Source: the human T2T-CHM13v2.0 reference genome, Homo sapiens. From it: a stretch of DNA of 64,000 bases. Numbering within the stretch: the stretch's first letter is position 1; every line of letters starts with the position of its first letter. Shown piece after piece: positions 24,289-49,645 of this stretch. The position numbers and the translations under genes were made by a program. The stretch is from assembly GCF_009914755.1 (NCBI RefSeq), contig NC_060929.1; one strand, written 5' to 3'. The notes under the pieces are model-generated. The model ran no database searches and was not told where the DNA came from. It saw only the letters and a program-made list of their open reading frames with translations.

Positions 24289-27225
24289 TCAAAAAATTGA
24301 AAAAAGAAGGTAGAGGGATAAGGATAAAGAAGCCTCCTCATTTTGAACTTTGTATCTTTGTTTAACTTGAGAAGTGTAATAGTTTTTCTTTTTTGGAGGC
24401 CAGGAGTCTACCTAAAATTTAATGCTTCCAATACAAAGAATGGATGATAAGGGGCAACTAGCAACTAAGCAGTGAGTATCTATATTCAATATTTGTTGCT
24501 TTCAGTTATAGCAATGACAAGTTATTTATTTTGAATTTTTTTGGGTCTTTTTAGCCATTGTGAATGGTTCTTTAATATTGTGTGTGTGTGTATTATATAT
24601 AATATATATAGCATGTGTGCTTATTTGATTTTATTTCATACTTGTGAACATTAGCTACCTTTCTCCAAAGGAATAAAAAGTGTAAAGTTTATTGGTACTA
24701 ATGCAATCTTTAAACTCTTAAGATTTGGTCAGAGTATTAACATGCATGAATTTCATTTTTATTATTATTTTTTAGATGGAGTTTCATCTTGTTGCCCAGG
24801 CTGGAGTGCAATGGTGTGATCTTGGCTCGCTGCAACCTCCGCCTCCTGGGTTCAAGTGATTCTCCTGCCTGAGCCTCCCGAGTAGCTGGGATTACAGGCA
24901 CCTGCTACCATGCCCAGCTAATTTTTGTATTTTTAGTAGAGATGGGGTTTCACCATGTTGGTCAGGCTGGTCTCGAACTCCTGACCTCAGGTGATCCACC
25001 CGCCTCGGCCTCCTAAAGTGCTGGGATTACAGGCGTGAGCCACCATGCCTGGCTGAATTTCATTTGAATTCTTTTGTGTCTGGTTCTGCTGTGTAGTTAT
25101 TCTACTGTTTCTCTTCGGAAATGAGATGTAATCTTTTTGGTTTATTTTATTAAGGGAAGATTCCAAAAAACTAGCCTCAGCCGAGATTTTTGTCAAGCTT
25201 GACTGTGTATCTGTCAGGTTTGTTTATACCGAGGATCACTGAAGCACTCATAAGGAAAATGAAGGTATAAAAACTGCCTTTTTCCTTGCTCCCACTAACA
25301 AATGTGAGAAACTGGCCTTACTTTTTTTTTTTTTTTGGAGATGGAGTTTTGCTCTTGTTGCCCAGGCTGGAGTGCAGTGGTGCGATCTCGTCCCCCTGCA
25401 ACCTCTGACTTCTGGGTTCAAGCGATTCTCCCGCCTCAGCTTCCCGAGTAACTGGGATTACAGGTGTGTGCCAGGATGCCCGGCTAATTTTTGTATTTTT
25501 AGTAGAGACGGGTTTTCACCATGCTGGCCGGGCTGGTCACAAACTCCTGAACATCAGGTGATCCACCCACCTCGGCCTCCCAAAGTGCTGGGATTACAGG
25601 CGTGAGCCACCATGCCCGGCTGAGAAACTGGCTTTTTTTAAGAGAATGTTTTAGTTATTCACTCTTTCCCGTTATTTTTCACAACTATTATAATTCATTC
25701 CTCAGTTAGCAGTGGCTTTATCAGTAATTCAGAATATTTTTTCAAAGACATGTCAAATCTTTCATCACAATAGGCAAATATATAGAAGACCTGATGCATA
25801 AATCTTTCAGACTTCACCAATCTCTATGTTGCCCATTCATTTTCTCTGAGAAAGGGGTCCACTAGTGTTTTTTTTTTTAAGAGATAGGGTTTTGCTATGA
25901 TGCACAGGCTGGTCTAAAACTCTTGGGCTCAAGCAGTGCTTCTGCCTAAGCCTCCTAAGTAGCTAGGACTACAGGCGAATGTGAGTCCACCCAGCTTGGA
26001 GTTTGTTAGTTTTTTTTTTTTTTTTTTTTTCTTTTTTAGAGACAAGGTCTTCCCATGTTGCCAAGGCTGGTCTCGAACTCCTGGGCTCAAGAAATCTGCC
26101 TGCCATGGCCTCCCAAAGTGCTGGGATTATAGTTGTCAGCCACTGTGCCTGGCCTGAGTCTGCTAGTTTTGACTTGAGTACTGATGAAAACTTTAATGCT
26201 ACTTTCTCATTCCTCCAGTTTCTGCTTGTTAAAATTCTGTGTACCCTTTAGGGACCATTTGAAATATAATTTCCTCTAAGCAACCTCTCCAGATGCTAGC
26301 TGCATTTGCTACTTCCCAGGCTTGGTTTCTGGCTTCTTGTTGTTAAATCATTATTTGTGTGCTTGTCCTAACTCCCTTACCTTTCTTTTCCAATCATATA
26401 TTAAGACCTCAAGTACAGGAACTTTTGTATGAAAGGTATGGTAGTTTTTTAAAAGTCCTGTGTCTTCTAATGCAATACCTTATAAATGGTATGTACAGAG
26501 TACATATTTGTTAAATGGAATTGAACATTTTTGGTTTTTATAAATGAAAAGCTTGTGACATTCAAATGTGTTTTTTCTTTATGACACATAGCCCTTAGTT
26601 TCTATATGGAAAATGGAAGTAGGTATGGAAGTGTGAACAAAGGAAATGTGAGCATAGAACTGTAAATAAACATCTATTTCCATAAGAACCATTATACATG
26701 CCTTGCCCTAACCTTACAATTTAGATACATTATAGTTTAATAATTGTAAGAGCTGCCTCAAGATAGAGATGACTTAGTTAATTAAATTTATAGATTAAAA
26801 CTTTATTCTCGCTTTATTTTGATAGCTTATGAACCTACCTGGCAAATGAATCAGAAAAAGTTGTAGTTTTCTTTCCTTAAAACAGTCACACAATACTTTC
26901 TAAAAAGTGTGATTGTTTTTATTAAGGTGTAACTATTTGTTTTTTTATTTTTATTTTGTGGAAATAAGGTCTTGCTGTGTTGCTCAGGTTGGTCTCAAAA
27001 CTCCTGGCCTCAAGCCGCTTTCCTGTCTTGGCCTCCCAAAGTGCTGGATAACAGGTGTGAACCACCATACCTTGCTTTTAAGGTGTTATTTAATATAATA
27101 ATGTGCACAGATCTTAAAGGTTCAGTTTGGTGAATTTTGACAGTTGTATATATTATGTGAAACCACCATCCCAAATAAGGTACAGAACATTTCTGTCATC
27201 TCTATAGTTCCTTGTGCCCCTCCTA

Positions 27226-27519
<294 letters not shown>

Positions 27520-27862
27520 CTACAGAATGAGACTCCGTCTTGATTTGAAAAAAACAATTTGATAGCTCTAAAATTGGAAGCAAAATTACCAGAGTACTTA
27601 CTAGTAGGTACGTTATAAACCACACTGTCCCAACTGTGATTAATTTTTTTGTTTCTTATATGTATTTTACTTCAGTTACTAGTTAGTAGTTGGATTTAGT
27701 TTTACTGCTAAAGGCACTATATTAAAAATATTAATTATATTATAATTTCTTTTTGATAAACTTTTTTTTACTTATTTTATTCCATTTTGTTTATCTATAA
27801 TGGTAATAAAATTGTTCTTTCCAGTAGAATTTGAAGGATTATGATTATTTTTCTTAGAACTA

Positions 27863-28262
<400 letters not shown>

Positions 28263-29009
28263 CTAATTTTTTTTTTTTAGGGATGAAGGAGGTTCTAACT
28301 CATAATTAAATGGAAACTTTAGGATTACTGAGGATTTTCATTATCTTTGCTATCCTGTTTCCCATTACTACAGAAAATAGAAAGTTGGATTTTTATGACT
28401 GTAACTAAGGGCTGGATGTAACAGCAGCTTTCTAGTTGTGAGCACCTGTTCTCCATGAACTCTGTCTGACTCCCTGGCTAGCACGTTCTGTGGTGGGGAG
28501 TCCAAGTTTGGGCCACCACTGTGTTGCTTTGTCTTCTGGTCTGAGGCATCTCATCCCCTTGGCCTTGATCATTGCCAGCCACCTGTATCAGTCAGTCTCT
28601 TTCCCTGATACATGGGGAGAGGCTGAAGAATTCAAAGCGGGAGAAAACTATCTTTTAGTTCCCAGGAGTTGATGTAAGAATAAGGTGATTCATGTAAACA
28701 CGCAACATAGGACTCATACTAGGCACTCAGAATGGCTGGGTTTTATCATTGTTTTCATCATCAATACCAATATTTGATCAATAACCAATTTAAATTTAAT
28801 TGAAGTTGACTTCAATTAAAGAAGAAAAGTTTTAAAAAATTGGTATGAGAAAACTTAACTATTTTAACTTCAAAGTAGAATTAATGTCCTTTAAAACAGA
28901 GTAATTTAATTACACCTGCAAGGTTATGTCAGCAGAGGATGCTAGAAGCTGTGTTCCAAAACCCAGTGACTATGTTCCTTAGGGTTTCGAAACTGCTAAT
29001 GTGTGAAAA

Positions 29010-29028
29010 TGGGCACTAGGGGGCAATA
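29010..29028 (+). promoter_or_regulatory. Candidate CTCF motif
   Basis: TGGGCACTAGGGGGCAATA against the consensus TGGCCACCAGGGGGCGCTA (15 of 19 identical), in non-repeat DNA. Confidence 0.4.
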
Positions 29029-29452
29029 GAAGCTCTTTGGCAAGCATCCAGTTTTTCCCTTTGCCTGTCTATAGTGGAAGGAAAAAAAAGAATCTTTTAT
29101 AAATAATGTCTTCTACAGACTGGAACAAGTGAGTTTGAGATTGAGATTAGTGTTGGAATAATTACTTTTTTTTCTCTGAAGAAGAATGCAGAAAAATTCT
29201 CTCAAATATATTTAAAATTTTATCTTGAGCTTTTTAGATAAGTAACAGAGATTCCTGACTGGGCACCGTGGCTCACACCTGTAATCCCAGCACTTTGGGA
29301 GGCTGAGGTGGGCAGATCATGAGGTCAGGAAATGGAGACCATCCTGGCGAATATGGTGAATCCCTGTCTCTACTAAAAATAGAAAAATTACCTGGGCATG
29401 GTGGCGTGTGCCTGTGATCCCAGCTACTTGGGAGGCTGAGGCAGGAGAATCA

Positions 29453-29572
<120 letters not shown>

Positions 29573-29654
29573 TTAAGGATAGCTTCCTCATACTTTAATA
29601 TTGAAGTCTATAAAGTTGAATAAGGTTTATTTCTGTGATCATTAGTCTAATCCA

Positions 29655-30511
29655 AACTTTTGAAAATATATATCAGATCTTGCCGGGCACAGTGGCTCAC
29701 GTCTGTAATCCCAGCACTTTGGGATGCCAAGGCGGATGGATCACCTGAGATTGGTAGTTCGAGACCAGCCTGACCAACACGGAGAAACCCTGTCTCTACT
29801 AAAAATACAAAATTAGCCAGGCGTGGTAGTGCATGCTTGTAATCCCAGCTATTTGGGAGGCTGAGGCAGGAGAATCGCTTGAACTCAGGAGGCGGAGGTT
29901 GCGGTGAGCCTTGATTGCGCATTGCACTCCAGCCTGGGCAACAGGAGCAAAACTCTGTCTCAAAAAAAAAAAAAAAAAAAGAAAATATATATCAGATCTT
30001 GTCACTTCTCTGCTCCAAACGTCTGGTTTCTTCCTATCACTTCAGGTTCTTTGCCTTGGCCTCTGCAAATCACACTGACTTTATCCCCTTCTACCCCCTG
30101 GCTTGCTCACTCCTCTCTAGCCACATTGATCTTTCTGGTTTTCTTTGGAGACCTCTATTCTTATTCCCGCATGGAAACTTTCTATTTACTCTTTCTTCCA
30201 CATGGAATAATACCCAGAACTTCACATGGCTCCCTTATTTTGCTTGGATCTGTGCTCAAGTGTTACCTTCTCTGTCCATCTTATATAGGTCCCCCCTGCT
30301 CCCCATCCCACCTCTTTTCCTATCACTGCTTTATGGTACTTATCATTATCTGACATTTTTGTGTATTGGTTTATTGTCTTTCTTCACATAAGAATGTAAG
30401 TTCTATGAGGACAGTCTGTTTTTTTTTTTTTTTTTTTACTGCTGTATCCTCAGTGGCTTGACAGATACCTAGCACATAGTAGGTACTCAAGAAATATTAG
30501 TTGAATGAATG
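29655..30511 (+). mobile_element. L2 3' fragment with an Alu (about 29681-29980) inserted
   Basis: agaatgtaagttctatgagg...cctagcacatagtaggtactcaa.aaatatt.gttgaatgaatg terminus; Alu TSD aaaatatatatcagatctt. Confidence 0.75.
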
Positions 30512-30601
30512 GAATGGCCATCCTTGGCTGTGGGCATGGCTACTTTCTTCCTAAACATTTCATTGAATCAAAGTTAGCTTCTGATCTAGTCACAATTATT
30601 C

Positions 30602-32244
30602 TTTTTTTTTTTATTTTTATTGATCATTCTTGGGTGTTTCTCGCAGAGGGGGATTTGGCAGGGTCATAGGACAATAGTGGAGGGAAGGTCAGCAGATAAA
30701 CAAGTGAACAAAGGTCTCTGGTTTTCCTAGGCAGAGGACCCTGCGGCCTTCCGCAGTGTTTGTGTCCCTGGGTACTTGAGATTAGGGAGTGGTGATGACT
30801 TTTAAGGAGCATGCTGCCTTCAAGCATCTGTTTAACAAAGCACATCTTGCACCGCCCTTAATCCATTTAACCCTGAGTGGACACAGCACATGTTTCAGAG
30901 AGCACAGGGTTGGGGGTAAGGTCATAGATCAACAGGATCCCAAGGCAGAAGAATTTTTCTTAGTACAGAACAAAATGAAAAGTCTCCCATGTCTACTTCT
31001 TTCTACACAGACACAGCAACCATCCGATTTCTCAATCTTTTCCCCACCTTTCCCCTTTTCTATTCCACAAAACCGCCATTGTCATCATGGCCCGTTCTCA
31101 ATGAGCTGTTGGGTACACCTCCCAGACGGGGTGGTGGCCGGGCAGAGGGGCTCCTCAATTCCCAGTAGGGGCGGCCGGGCAGAGGCACCCCTCACCTCCC
31201 GGACGGGGCGGCTGGCCGGGCAGGGGGCTGACCCCCCACCTCCCTCCCGGACGGGGCGGCTGGCCGGGCGAGGGGCTGACCCCCCCCACCTCCCTCCCGG
31301 ACGGGGCGGCTGGCCGGGCGGGGGGCTGACCCCCCCACCTCCCTCCCGCTGGGCGGAGGGGCTCCTCACTTCTCAGACGGGGCGGCTGCCAGGCGGAGGG
31401 GCTCCTCACTTCTCAGACGGGGCGGCTGCCGGGCGGAGGGTCTCCTCACTTCTCAGACGGGGCGGCCGGGCAGAGACGCTCCTCACCTCCCAGACGGGGT
31501 CACGGCCGGGCAGAGGCGCTCCTCACATCCCAGACGGGGCGGCGGGGCAGAGACGCTCCCCACATCTCAGACGATGGGCCGCCGGGCAGAGACGCTCCTC
31601 ACTTCCTAGATGGGCTGGCGGCCGGGAAGAGGCGCTTCTCACTTCCTAGATGGGATGGCGGCCTGGCAGAGACGCTCCTCACTTTCCAGACTGGGCAGCC
31701 AGGCAGAGGGGCTCCTCACATCCCAGACGATGGGCGGCCAGGCAGAGACGCTCCTCACTTCCCAGACGGGGTGGCGGCCGGGCAGAGGCTGCAATCTTGG
31801 CACTTTGGGAGGCCAAGGCAGGCAGCTGGGAGGTGGAGGTTGTAGCGAGCCGAGATCACGCCACTGCACTCCAGCCTGGGCACCACTGAGCACTGAGTGA
31901 ACGAGACTCCGTCTGCAATCCCGGCACCTCGGGAGGCCGAGGCTGGCGGATCACTCGCTGTTAGGAGCTGGAGACCAGCCTGGGCAACACAGCGAAACCC
32001 CGTCTCCACCAAAAAAATACGAAAACCAGTCAGGCGTGGCGGCGCGCCTGCAATTGCAGGCACTGGGTAGACTGAGGCAGGAGAATCAGGCAGGGAGGTT
32101 GCAGTGAGCCGAGATGGCAGCAGTACAGTCCAGCTTCGGCTCGGCATCAGAGGGAGATCGTGGAAAGAGAGGGAGAGGGAGATCGTGGGGAGAGGGAGAG
32201 GGAGATCGTGGGGAGAGGGAGAGGGAGAGGGCTTGGGAGAGGGC
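30602..32244 (-). mobile_element. Full-length SVA retrotransposon (SVA_C/D-like), antisense to the gene
   Basis: On the minus strand: CCCTCT-type hexamers (about 32165-32244), Alu-like region (about 31790-32160), GC-rich VNTR (about 31130-31790), SINE-R (about 30625-31125), AATAAA at 30616-30621 and an A tail. ttc+T-run is duplicated on both sides. Confidence 0.96.
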
Positions 32245-32247
32245 TTC

Positions 32248-40374
<8,127 letters not shown>

Positions 40375-40494
40375 AACAGTGTAGTTTCAACAGAATATCA
40401 CTCATCAAATTAACTTTGCGTTGATGTGAATTAACATTTTATTTGTTTTATAGTTATATTTAATTTGTAATTTTTTCCAGCTTTTTGTCAAAAA

Positions 40495-41940
40495 AGTATT
40501 TTTTTATATGTGCCTACTATAAGCTGAACATTGTTCTAGGTACCTAGATACATCAGAGAACAAAACAGACAAAAAAAATCTTGCTTTTATGGAACTTGCA
40601 TTCTAATAGGGAGAAATAGATAATAAAGGCTGGGTGCGGTGGCTCACGCCTGTAATCCCAGCACTTTGGGAGGCCAAGGTGGGTGGGGCTCACTTGAGCC
40701 CAGGAGTTCAAGAATAGCCTGTGCAACATGGCAAAACCCTGTCTCTACAAAAAATAGAAAAATTAGCTGTGCGTGGTCATGCAGGCCTGTGGTCCCAGCC
40801 ACTCAGGCGGCTAAGGTGGAAGGATCATCTAAGTCTGGGGCAGTTGAGACTGCAGTGAGTGAGCCATGATTGTGCCTCTGCACTCCAGCTTGGGTGACAG
40901 AGTGAGACCCTATCTCAAAAAAACAACAAAGAAGATAAATATAAACAATAGAAAGCTGTAAGTGCTATAGGGAAAGGGAACATGTAGAGCACGATAACAT
41001 GGATCAGAAGTGCTAACTGGGAGACAGGTTGTAATTTAAAATAGGGTGGTCAAGTTAGGCCTCCTTCAGAAGATGACCTTTGAGAAGACTTGAAAGAGAT
41101 TAGGAAGTTGACCATGTAGATATCTGGGAGAACGGTGCAGGCATAAGGAACAGCTAGTGTAAAGGCCCTAAGGCAGTAATGTGCCTGGCACGTTCATGAA
41201 AAAAGCTCTTAGGTGAGTATGGCTGGAACAGAATGAACAAGAGGGAGAGAAGGAGGAGATGACTGACATCAGAACACTAACAGGAGGACCTGTAGGCAAT
41301 TGTAAAGGCTTTTCCTTTTATGCTGTTTTTTTTCTTTTTTCCCCCTAAGCCTTAGTTTGTCTATAATTATAATGATTTTGAGCATGATTTTTGAGTAATG
41401 GCATAATTTGAAAGATGCTTTTTAGGAAGAATGGAAATGACTTGGTAATTGATTATATAAGTGTGGTGAGAGGGACTCATCAAGATTATTAGTTTTGTAG
41501 CTGGTAGATAGTGGCAGTAGTTGCTGAGATAGAAAGCAGGATGAGCAGAGTTTCGAGGCTGAGTGATAGGGAAGATTGTAAATTCAGTTTTGGACAATTA
41601 AGTTGAGGTATTTCTGAGACATCCAGGCAAAGCATCCTGATGACTGCTAGAAATATAGGTTTGTTGTTGAGAGACATATAGCCTGGGATTATAGATTTTA
41701 GAGTCATCAGCATATGTATGGCTATTGAAGCTCTGACAATGAACAAGATGAGCAGAAAGCCTAGGACAGAACCCCGAGGGACAGATAGAGAAGGAAGATC
41801 CTGCACAGGTGGCCAAGAAGGAGGTAGAAGGTAAATCAGGGTAATAAGTGTCATGGAAACCAAAAGGAAGATTGTGATAGGAAAAAAATGTGTGGTCAAT
41901 TGTATCAGAATTAGATGAAGTAAAATGAGAAGCATCTTTA
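40495..41940 (-). mobile_element. L2 fragment with an Alu (about 40627-40930) inserted
   Basis: tgcctacta...ttgttctagg, aaaggccctaaggca, ttcagttttggaca and gagtcatcagcata motifs. Confidence 0.7.
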
Positions 41941-42044
41941 TTATATTTAATGACAAAGTGTAATTATTTTAACTTTAAGCAGTAATTCAGATTATATGAG
42001 ATTACTTCACAGTTTGTTTTTTTGCCAAATCAAAACATCTTTAC

Positions 42045-42420
42045 TGTTTTAGTTATCTACTTCTATGTAACAAACCACCTTAAACTTAGTGATTTAAAAG
42101 AATAGCCAGTATAATTTTTCTCATGACTATAAGTTGACTGGAGGTTAGCTGCTTCTTCTGGTCTTACTTTGAATCTCTCGTGTAGCTGCAGTTAGCATAT
42201 AGCATGTTCACCACGGCCTTACTTACATAGCGGGTGCCTTGGTGGGACAGCTGGAAGGCTGGCTCCGTTGAAACTTGGGGAAAGCACCTTCCCTCTCTCT
42301 AGTCTTTCCAACAGTGTATCCAGACTTCTTACTTGATGATTCTGCATGGAAGAAGACAACAAGGGTGTGAATATTGAGAGATGTGATTTCTTGAGGCCAT
42401 TTTTGGAGACTAATTAACAT
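42045..42420 (-). mobile_element. Degenerate MLT1-type LTR
   Basis: tgttttagttatcta...tgtaacaaaccacc.taaacttagtg and gaggccatttttggagact motifs. Confidence 0.5.
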
Positions 42421-43096
42421 ATCCACCTAAAAGTAGTTGCCTTAAAGCCTAATCTAGGTTCTTTTTTTTTTTTTGAGATGGGGTCTCTCTTGCCAGACTG
42501 GAATACAGTCACGGCTCACTGTAGCCTTGACCTTCCAGGCTCAAATGATCCCACCTCAGTCTCCCGAGTAGCTGGGAATACGGGTGTGCACAACCATGCC
42601 CAGCTAATTTTTAAATTTTTTTTAGAGATGGGGTTTCGCTGTATTGCCCAGGTTGGTCTCAAACTCATGGGCTCAAGTGATATTCCTGCCTTGGTCTCTG
42701 AAAGTCTTAGAATTACAGGCTACCACGCTCAGCTTTATCTAGATTTTTGAACTCTTTAAAAAGAAACACGTTGGCTGGGCGCGGTGGCTCACGCCTATAA
42801 TCCCAACACTTTGGGAGGCTGAGGCGGGCGGATCACGAGGTCAGGAGATCGAGACCATCTTGGCTAACACGGTGAAACCCCGTCTCTACTAAAAATACAA
42901 AAAATTAGCTGGGCGTGGTGGCGGGCGCCTGTAATCCTAGCTACTCAGGAGGCTGAGGGAGGAGAATGGCATGAACCCGGGAGGCGGAGCTTGCACTGAG
43001 CGGAGATAGCTCCACTGCAGTCCGGCCTGGGCGAAAGAGCGAGACTCCATCTCAAAAATATAAAAAAAAAAAGAAACACGTCATTTCATTGATTCT

Positions 43097-43188
43097 TATA
43101 CACATGCACACATAGACGTGTATATGTACATACATGTACATGTACACACACATGCATAAACACATGCACACATGCTTGCACACATACA
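43097..43188. repeat. Imperfect alternating purine-pyrimidine (CA/TA/TG) tract
   Basis: tatacacatgcacacata...tgtacatacatgtacatgtacacacacatgc. Confidence 0.8.
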
Positions 43189-43219
43189 TTTCTCTTTTTA
43201 TTCCTAATAGGATTCTCAG

Positions 43220-43820
43220 TATGTAACTGTTCAGGATAAAAGATACATTTCCCAGCTGGGCATGGTGGCTCACACCAGTAATCCATGCACTTTGGGAGGG
43301 CGAGGTGGGTGGATCGCCTGAGGATCACCTGAGGTCAGGAGTTCGAGACCAGCCTGGCCAACCTGATGAAACTCCGTCTCTGCTAAAAATACAAAAAATA
43401 GCTGGGCGTGGTGGCGCGCGCCTGTAATCCCAGCTACTCAGGAGACTGAACCTGGGAGGTGGAGGTTTCAGTGAGCTGAGATCGTGCCACTGCACTCCAG
43501 TCTGGGCAACAAGAGTGAAACTCCGTCTCATAAAAGAAAAAGATACATTTCCGAGCTTTTCCTGTTGCTAGGTATGGCTCTGTGGCTTAGTTCTGGACAG
43601 TGAAATGTAAGTGCAAGAATATGGACAACTTTTGAGAGGAAAATTAATGGGAAGAGATGTATCCTCCTTTTTTTTTTTTTTCCCTGCTGTCTGGAAACCA
43701 CAGCAGCCTTTTGGACCATCACCTAGACTTGTTGAATTTATGAGGGCAACAAGCTGTGGTCCTGATTGTCTTAGACATATGTCAGTCCTGACTTTATTTT
43801 GGGTTTTTGTTACAGCCAAA
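43220..43820. mobile_element. Degenerate LTR16-like element split by an Alu (about 43254-43535, plus strand)
   Basis: tacatttccc...gctaggtatggc..tgtg.cttagttctgg.cagtga.atgtaag; aaaagatacatttcc is duplicated around the Alu. Confidence 0.45.
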
Positions 43821-43909
43821 ACTAATTCTATCAGGCTTTTGTTTTGTTGTTGTTGTTTTTGTTTTTTCATTAAAAAAATAACCAGTTTTGCTTTTCTGCA
43901 GATATCAGC

Positions 43910-45770
43910 AAAAAAAGTAAAAATTAGTTTTATCGAGGTATAGTTTACACACAGTAAAATGCAACCAATTTATGAGTATAGTTTGTGAAATTTTAAAAAT
44001 GTAAGCATCTGAGTAATCACTACTACAATCAAGATTTAGAACATTTCCAAAAATGTTTCTTTCAAGCCACCTTGCTGTCAATCCATTTTTCCCTCCATTT
44101 ACCCCTAATCCCAGGCAAATCTGTTTTATGTCACTATAGGTTAATTTAACCCATTCTAGAATTTTATATAAATGGAAACACTGTACAAACTCTTCTGTGT
44201 TTGACTTACTTTGCACAGCATAATGCTTTTGAGACTTGCCCATCTTGTCTCATGTGTTAGTGCTTTGTTCATTTTTATTGCTAAGTAGTAGTATGTTTAT
44301 GAATCTACCATAGATTATTCATCTTTTGATAGACAAATAGCTTGTTCTTGGTTTTTGGCTATTCTGTATAAAGCTACTGTGATCATTCTTGTACAGGTCT
44401 TTTTGTAGATATATGTTTTTATTTCTCTTGGAAGCAAAATTGCTAGATCATGTGGTAAGTGTATATTTATAAGAAACTAGCAAACTGTTTTTTAGAGTGA
44501 TTATTACCATTTTACACTCTCACCTGCAAAATTGGAGAATTCTGCCTCCTCCATATCCTTGCCTACACTTGGTATTGTTGATAATTTTAATGTTAGCTAT
44601 TCCAGTAAGTGTGTAGTGCTGTTTAATTGTGGCTTTAGTTTGCAATTGCTTGTTGACTGACATTAAACCTCTTTTCTTGTGATGAGGTGTCACTGTGTTG
44701 CCTAGGCTGGACTCAAACACCTGGGCTCAAGCAATTCCTTCTGCCTTAGGCTCCTGAGTGTCTGGGACTGCAATGTGCATCGCTGTGCCTGGCTAATGTG
44801 TGCATCATTTGTGAAGTGTCTGTTCAAATCTTTTGTCCATTTGAAAAATTAGGTTGCCTTTTTATTGAGTTTTAGAGTTTAGAGTTTATTTTGAGCTTAA
44901 ATATTTTGGATAGAAGTATTTTGTCACATAAATGTATTGTAAATATCTTTGTCCAGTCTGAGTCTGCCTTTTATTTTCCTGATCATGTCTGTTGAGGATA
45001 GAAATTTTAAATTTTGATAAAATATGTCAGTTTTTTTTTCTTTTTGGTGTGTATTTTTTGTATTCTAAGAAATCTTTCCTTACCAATGATTGCAAAAATT
45101 TTTCCTATACTTTCTCATTGTTTTATAGGTTTAGTTTTTACATTTATTACCTGTTTCAAGTTAATTTTTATGTATGGTGTAAGGAAAGGATTGGAGTTCC
45201 TTTTTTATTTTTTCCAAATTGATACCCAATTGTTTGAGTATTGTTTGTTTAAAAGGTCTTCTCATTTGGATTATCTTGGCATTTTTCTTGAAAACAAATT
45301 TGTATATGTGTGGGTTAATTTCTGATTTGTTTATTTCATTGATATGCATGGCCATTCTTACTCTACTATCACAATGTCTCAGTTACTGTAGCTCAGTTAC
45401 TGTCTTAGTTACTATAGCTCTATACATGAAATCATGTAGTGTACAGTTCTCTGACTTGTTTGTTTTGAAAACTGATTTGGTTACTCTGAGTCTTCAAATT
45501 TACAAATACATTTTAGAATTAGCTTGTAAATTTGTACAGAACTGCCTGCTGAGATTTTGGTTGAGATTGTATTGAATCTGTAGATTAGTTTTGAGAGCCT
45601 TACTTTCCTAACAATATTAAGTTTTCCAATCCATAAACATTATATATCTTTCCATTTATTTTAAGTTCTCCTTAATTTTTCTCAGTAACATAGTGTTAAG
45701 TGTACAGGTCTTGCACATATTTTAAAAAATTATTTCTAAGTTTTAATGTTTTTTGTTATTATCTTAAATG
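43910..45770 (-). mobile_element. Old L1M fragment, antisense
   Basis: T-rich antisense L1 signature; the minus-strand ORF 45161-45355 (SEINPHIYKFVFKKNAK) resembles decayed ORF2. Confidence 0.75.
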
Positions 45771-46194
45771 GCATGAACCACTGCACCCAGCCTGTTTTAA
45801 AGTTTTATTTGTGAACTTTCCAATGTCCTAACTAATATATCTCTTAGAGGTAAACCTAGTTCCAATACACCTTTTTATAAAATATCTTTATTGGGATGTA
45901 AGGTCAGAGAAAGGGAGTGATAGGATGAAAGTAAAGTGGTCTACTAATAAGGTAGAAAACAGTGTGACTGAGTGTGATCTGAAGAGAGAACTGTTGTAGT
46001 TAAAGATTTGTATATCTTGGTTTGTGGTTTTAGAATCAAAGCAGCACTGGGTGTCAATTAATTCTAGAATTGGACATGAGGGTAAATGGCTGAATAATGG
46101 TAAAGAAAATGAAAGACTAGTGTATTGAATGCGTTTTCCACATTGATTAAAATCGCCCTGTACTAATGAAGTTTTTACTGTTGTAATTAATTAA

Positions 46195-46721
<527 letters not shown>

Positions 46722-47199
46722 TAGGCTGGTCTGGAACTCCTGACCTTAGGTGATCAGGCTGCCTTGGCCTCCCAAAGTGTTGGGATTGCAGGCATGAGCC
46801 CCTGTGCCTGGCCATATATATTTAAAGTTCTGACTGTCATCGGATTGCAAGATTCATGAAGGCAGGAACCTTCTTTCTTTAAAACCAGAATATCATCAGT
46901 GCTAGGCATAGTCAGTACTCAATAAATATTTATTGAATAGTTAATTATAAGAGTGACGTCAGGGCTTTGGGTGGAGAGTAACAGAGCTATCTTTATTTCT
47001 TCACATCTTAAGTCCTTAAGATCTCTTATATAATTCCTCTTTTTTTTTCTTTTTTCCATTCCCACTGTATTATGTCAATTCAGGTCCTCTCTGGATTATT
47101 GCAAGAATATTTTAATAGGCTTCCCTGTGCTTACACTGGCATTTACCTTATACTGGTAATTTCCTAGTTCAGCCTCCACACCACAGCCTTGATGATTTT

Positions 47200-49096
<1,897 letters not shown>

Positions 49097-49129
49097 TGAT
49101 TTGGAACTCTCTCTCTGGCTTTTATGTAT

Positions 49130-49240
49130 ACAGTTGGCCCTTTGAGAGGAATTGGCTCCAGGACTCTCCTGCTGATCCCCAAATGCAAGGATGCTGAAGT
49201 CCCTTATATAAAAATGGCATAGTGCTGTATATGTATAACA
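49130..49240. mobile_element. MER2-like Tigger-family fragment
   Basis: ta|cagttggccct...attggctccaggac...ggatgctgaagtcccttatataaaaatggcatagt. Confidence 0.6.
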
Positions 49241-49645
49241 CATACACCCTTGCTCTATTTTCTGCCTAGCAATTCAAACTCTAGTAAGGGAAAAATACTT
49301 GAAGTTCAGAAAGTGTCAAGATTTATATTATTCTCTCCTGGATGTTCATCATATTCATCTAGATAACCTCTATTTTTTGAAAGATACCAGAAATCTCTTT
49401 TCTAACCACCTACTTTCTTAGGCAGAATGGAATTGAGCACTGAACCCTGTGTATACTTCTGTTACAGCAACTGAAACATTTTCATTTGCCCATTTGTTTA
49501 CCTGTCTTATTTTGCTTTTCTGGACTGACAGTTCTGTGTAAGCAGAGTCTTTGTTAATAGTTCTTTTATCATTAATCTAACCCAGTGTGTGGTATGTAAT
49601 TAAATAATAAATGTTTCTTAAGTGAATGTTTAGTGAGTAAATGAA

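Noticed and set aside
30789-31649. 286-aa Gly/Arg/Pro-rich ORF and overlapping ORFs
   Set aside because: Antisense read-through of the SVA SINE-R and GC-rich VNTR, which is naturally poor in stop codons.
31125-32160. CpG-island promoter
   Set aside because: The CpG density comes entirely from the SVA; there is no independent promoter evidence.
45378-45420. Triple imperfect ctcagttactgt repeat
   Set aside because: Local slippage within decayed L1; no spacers or structure suggesting function.
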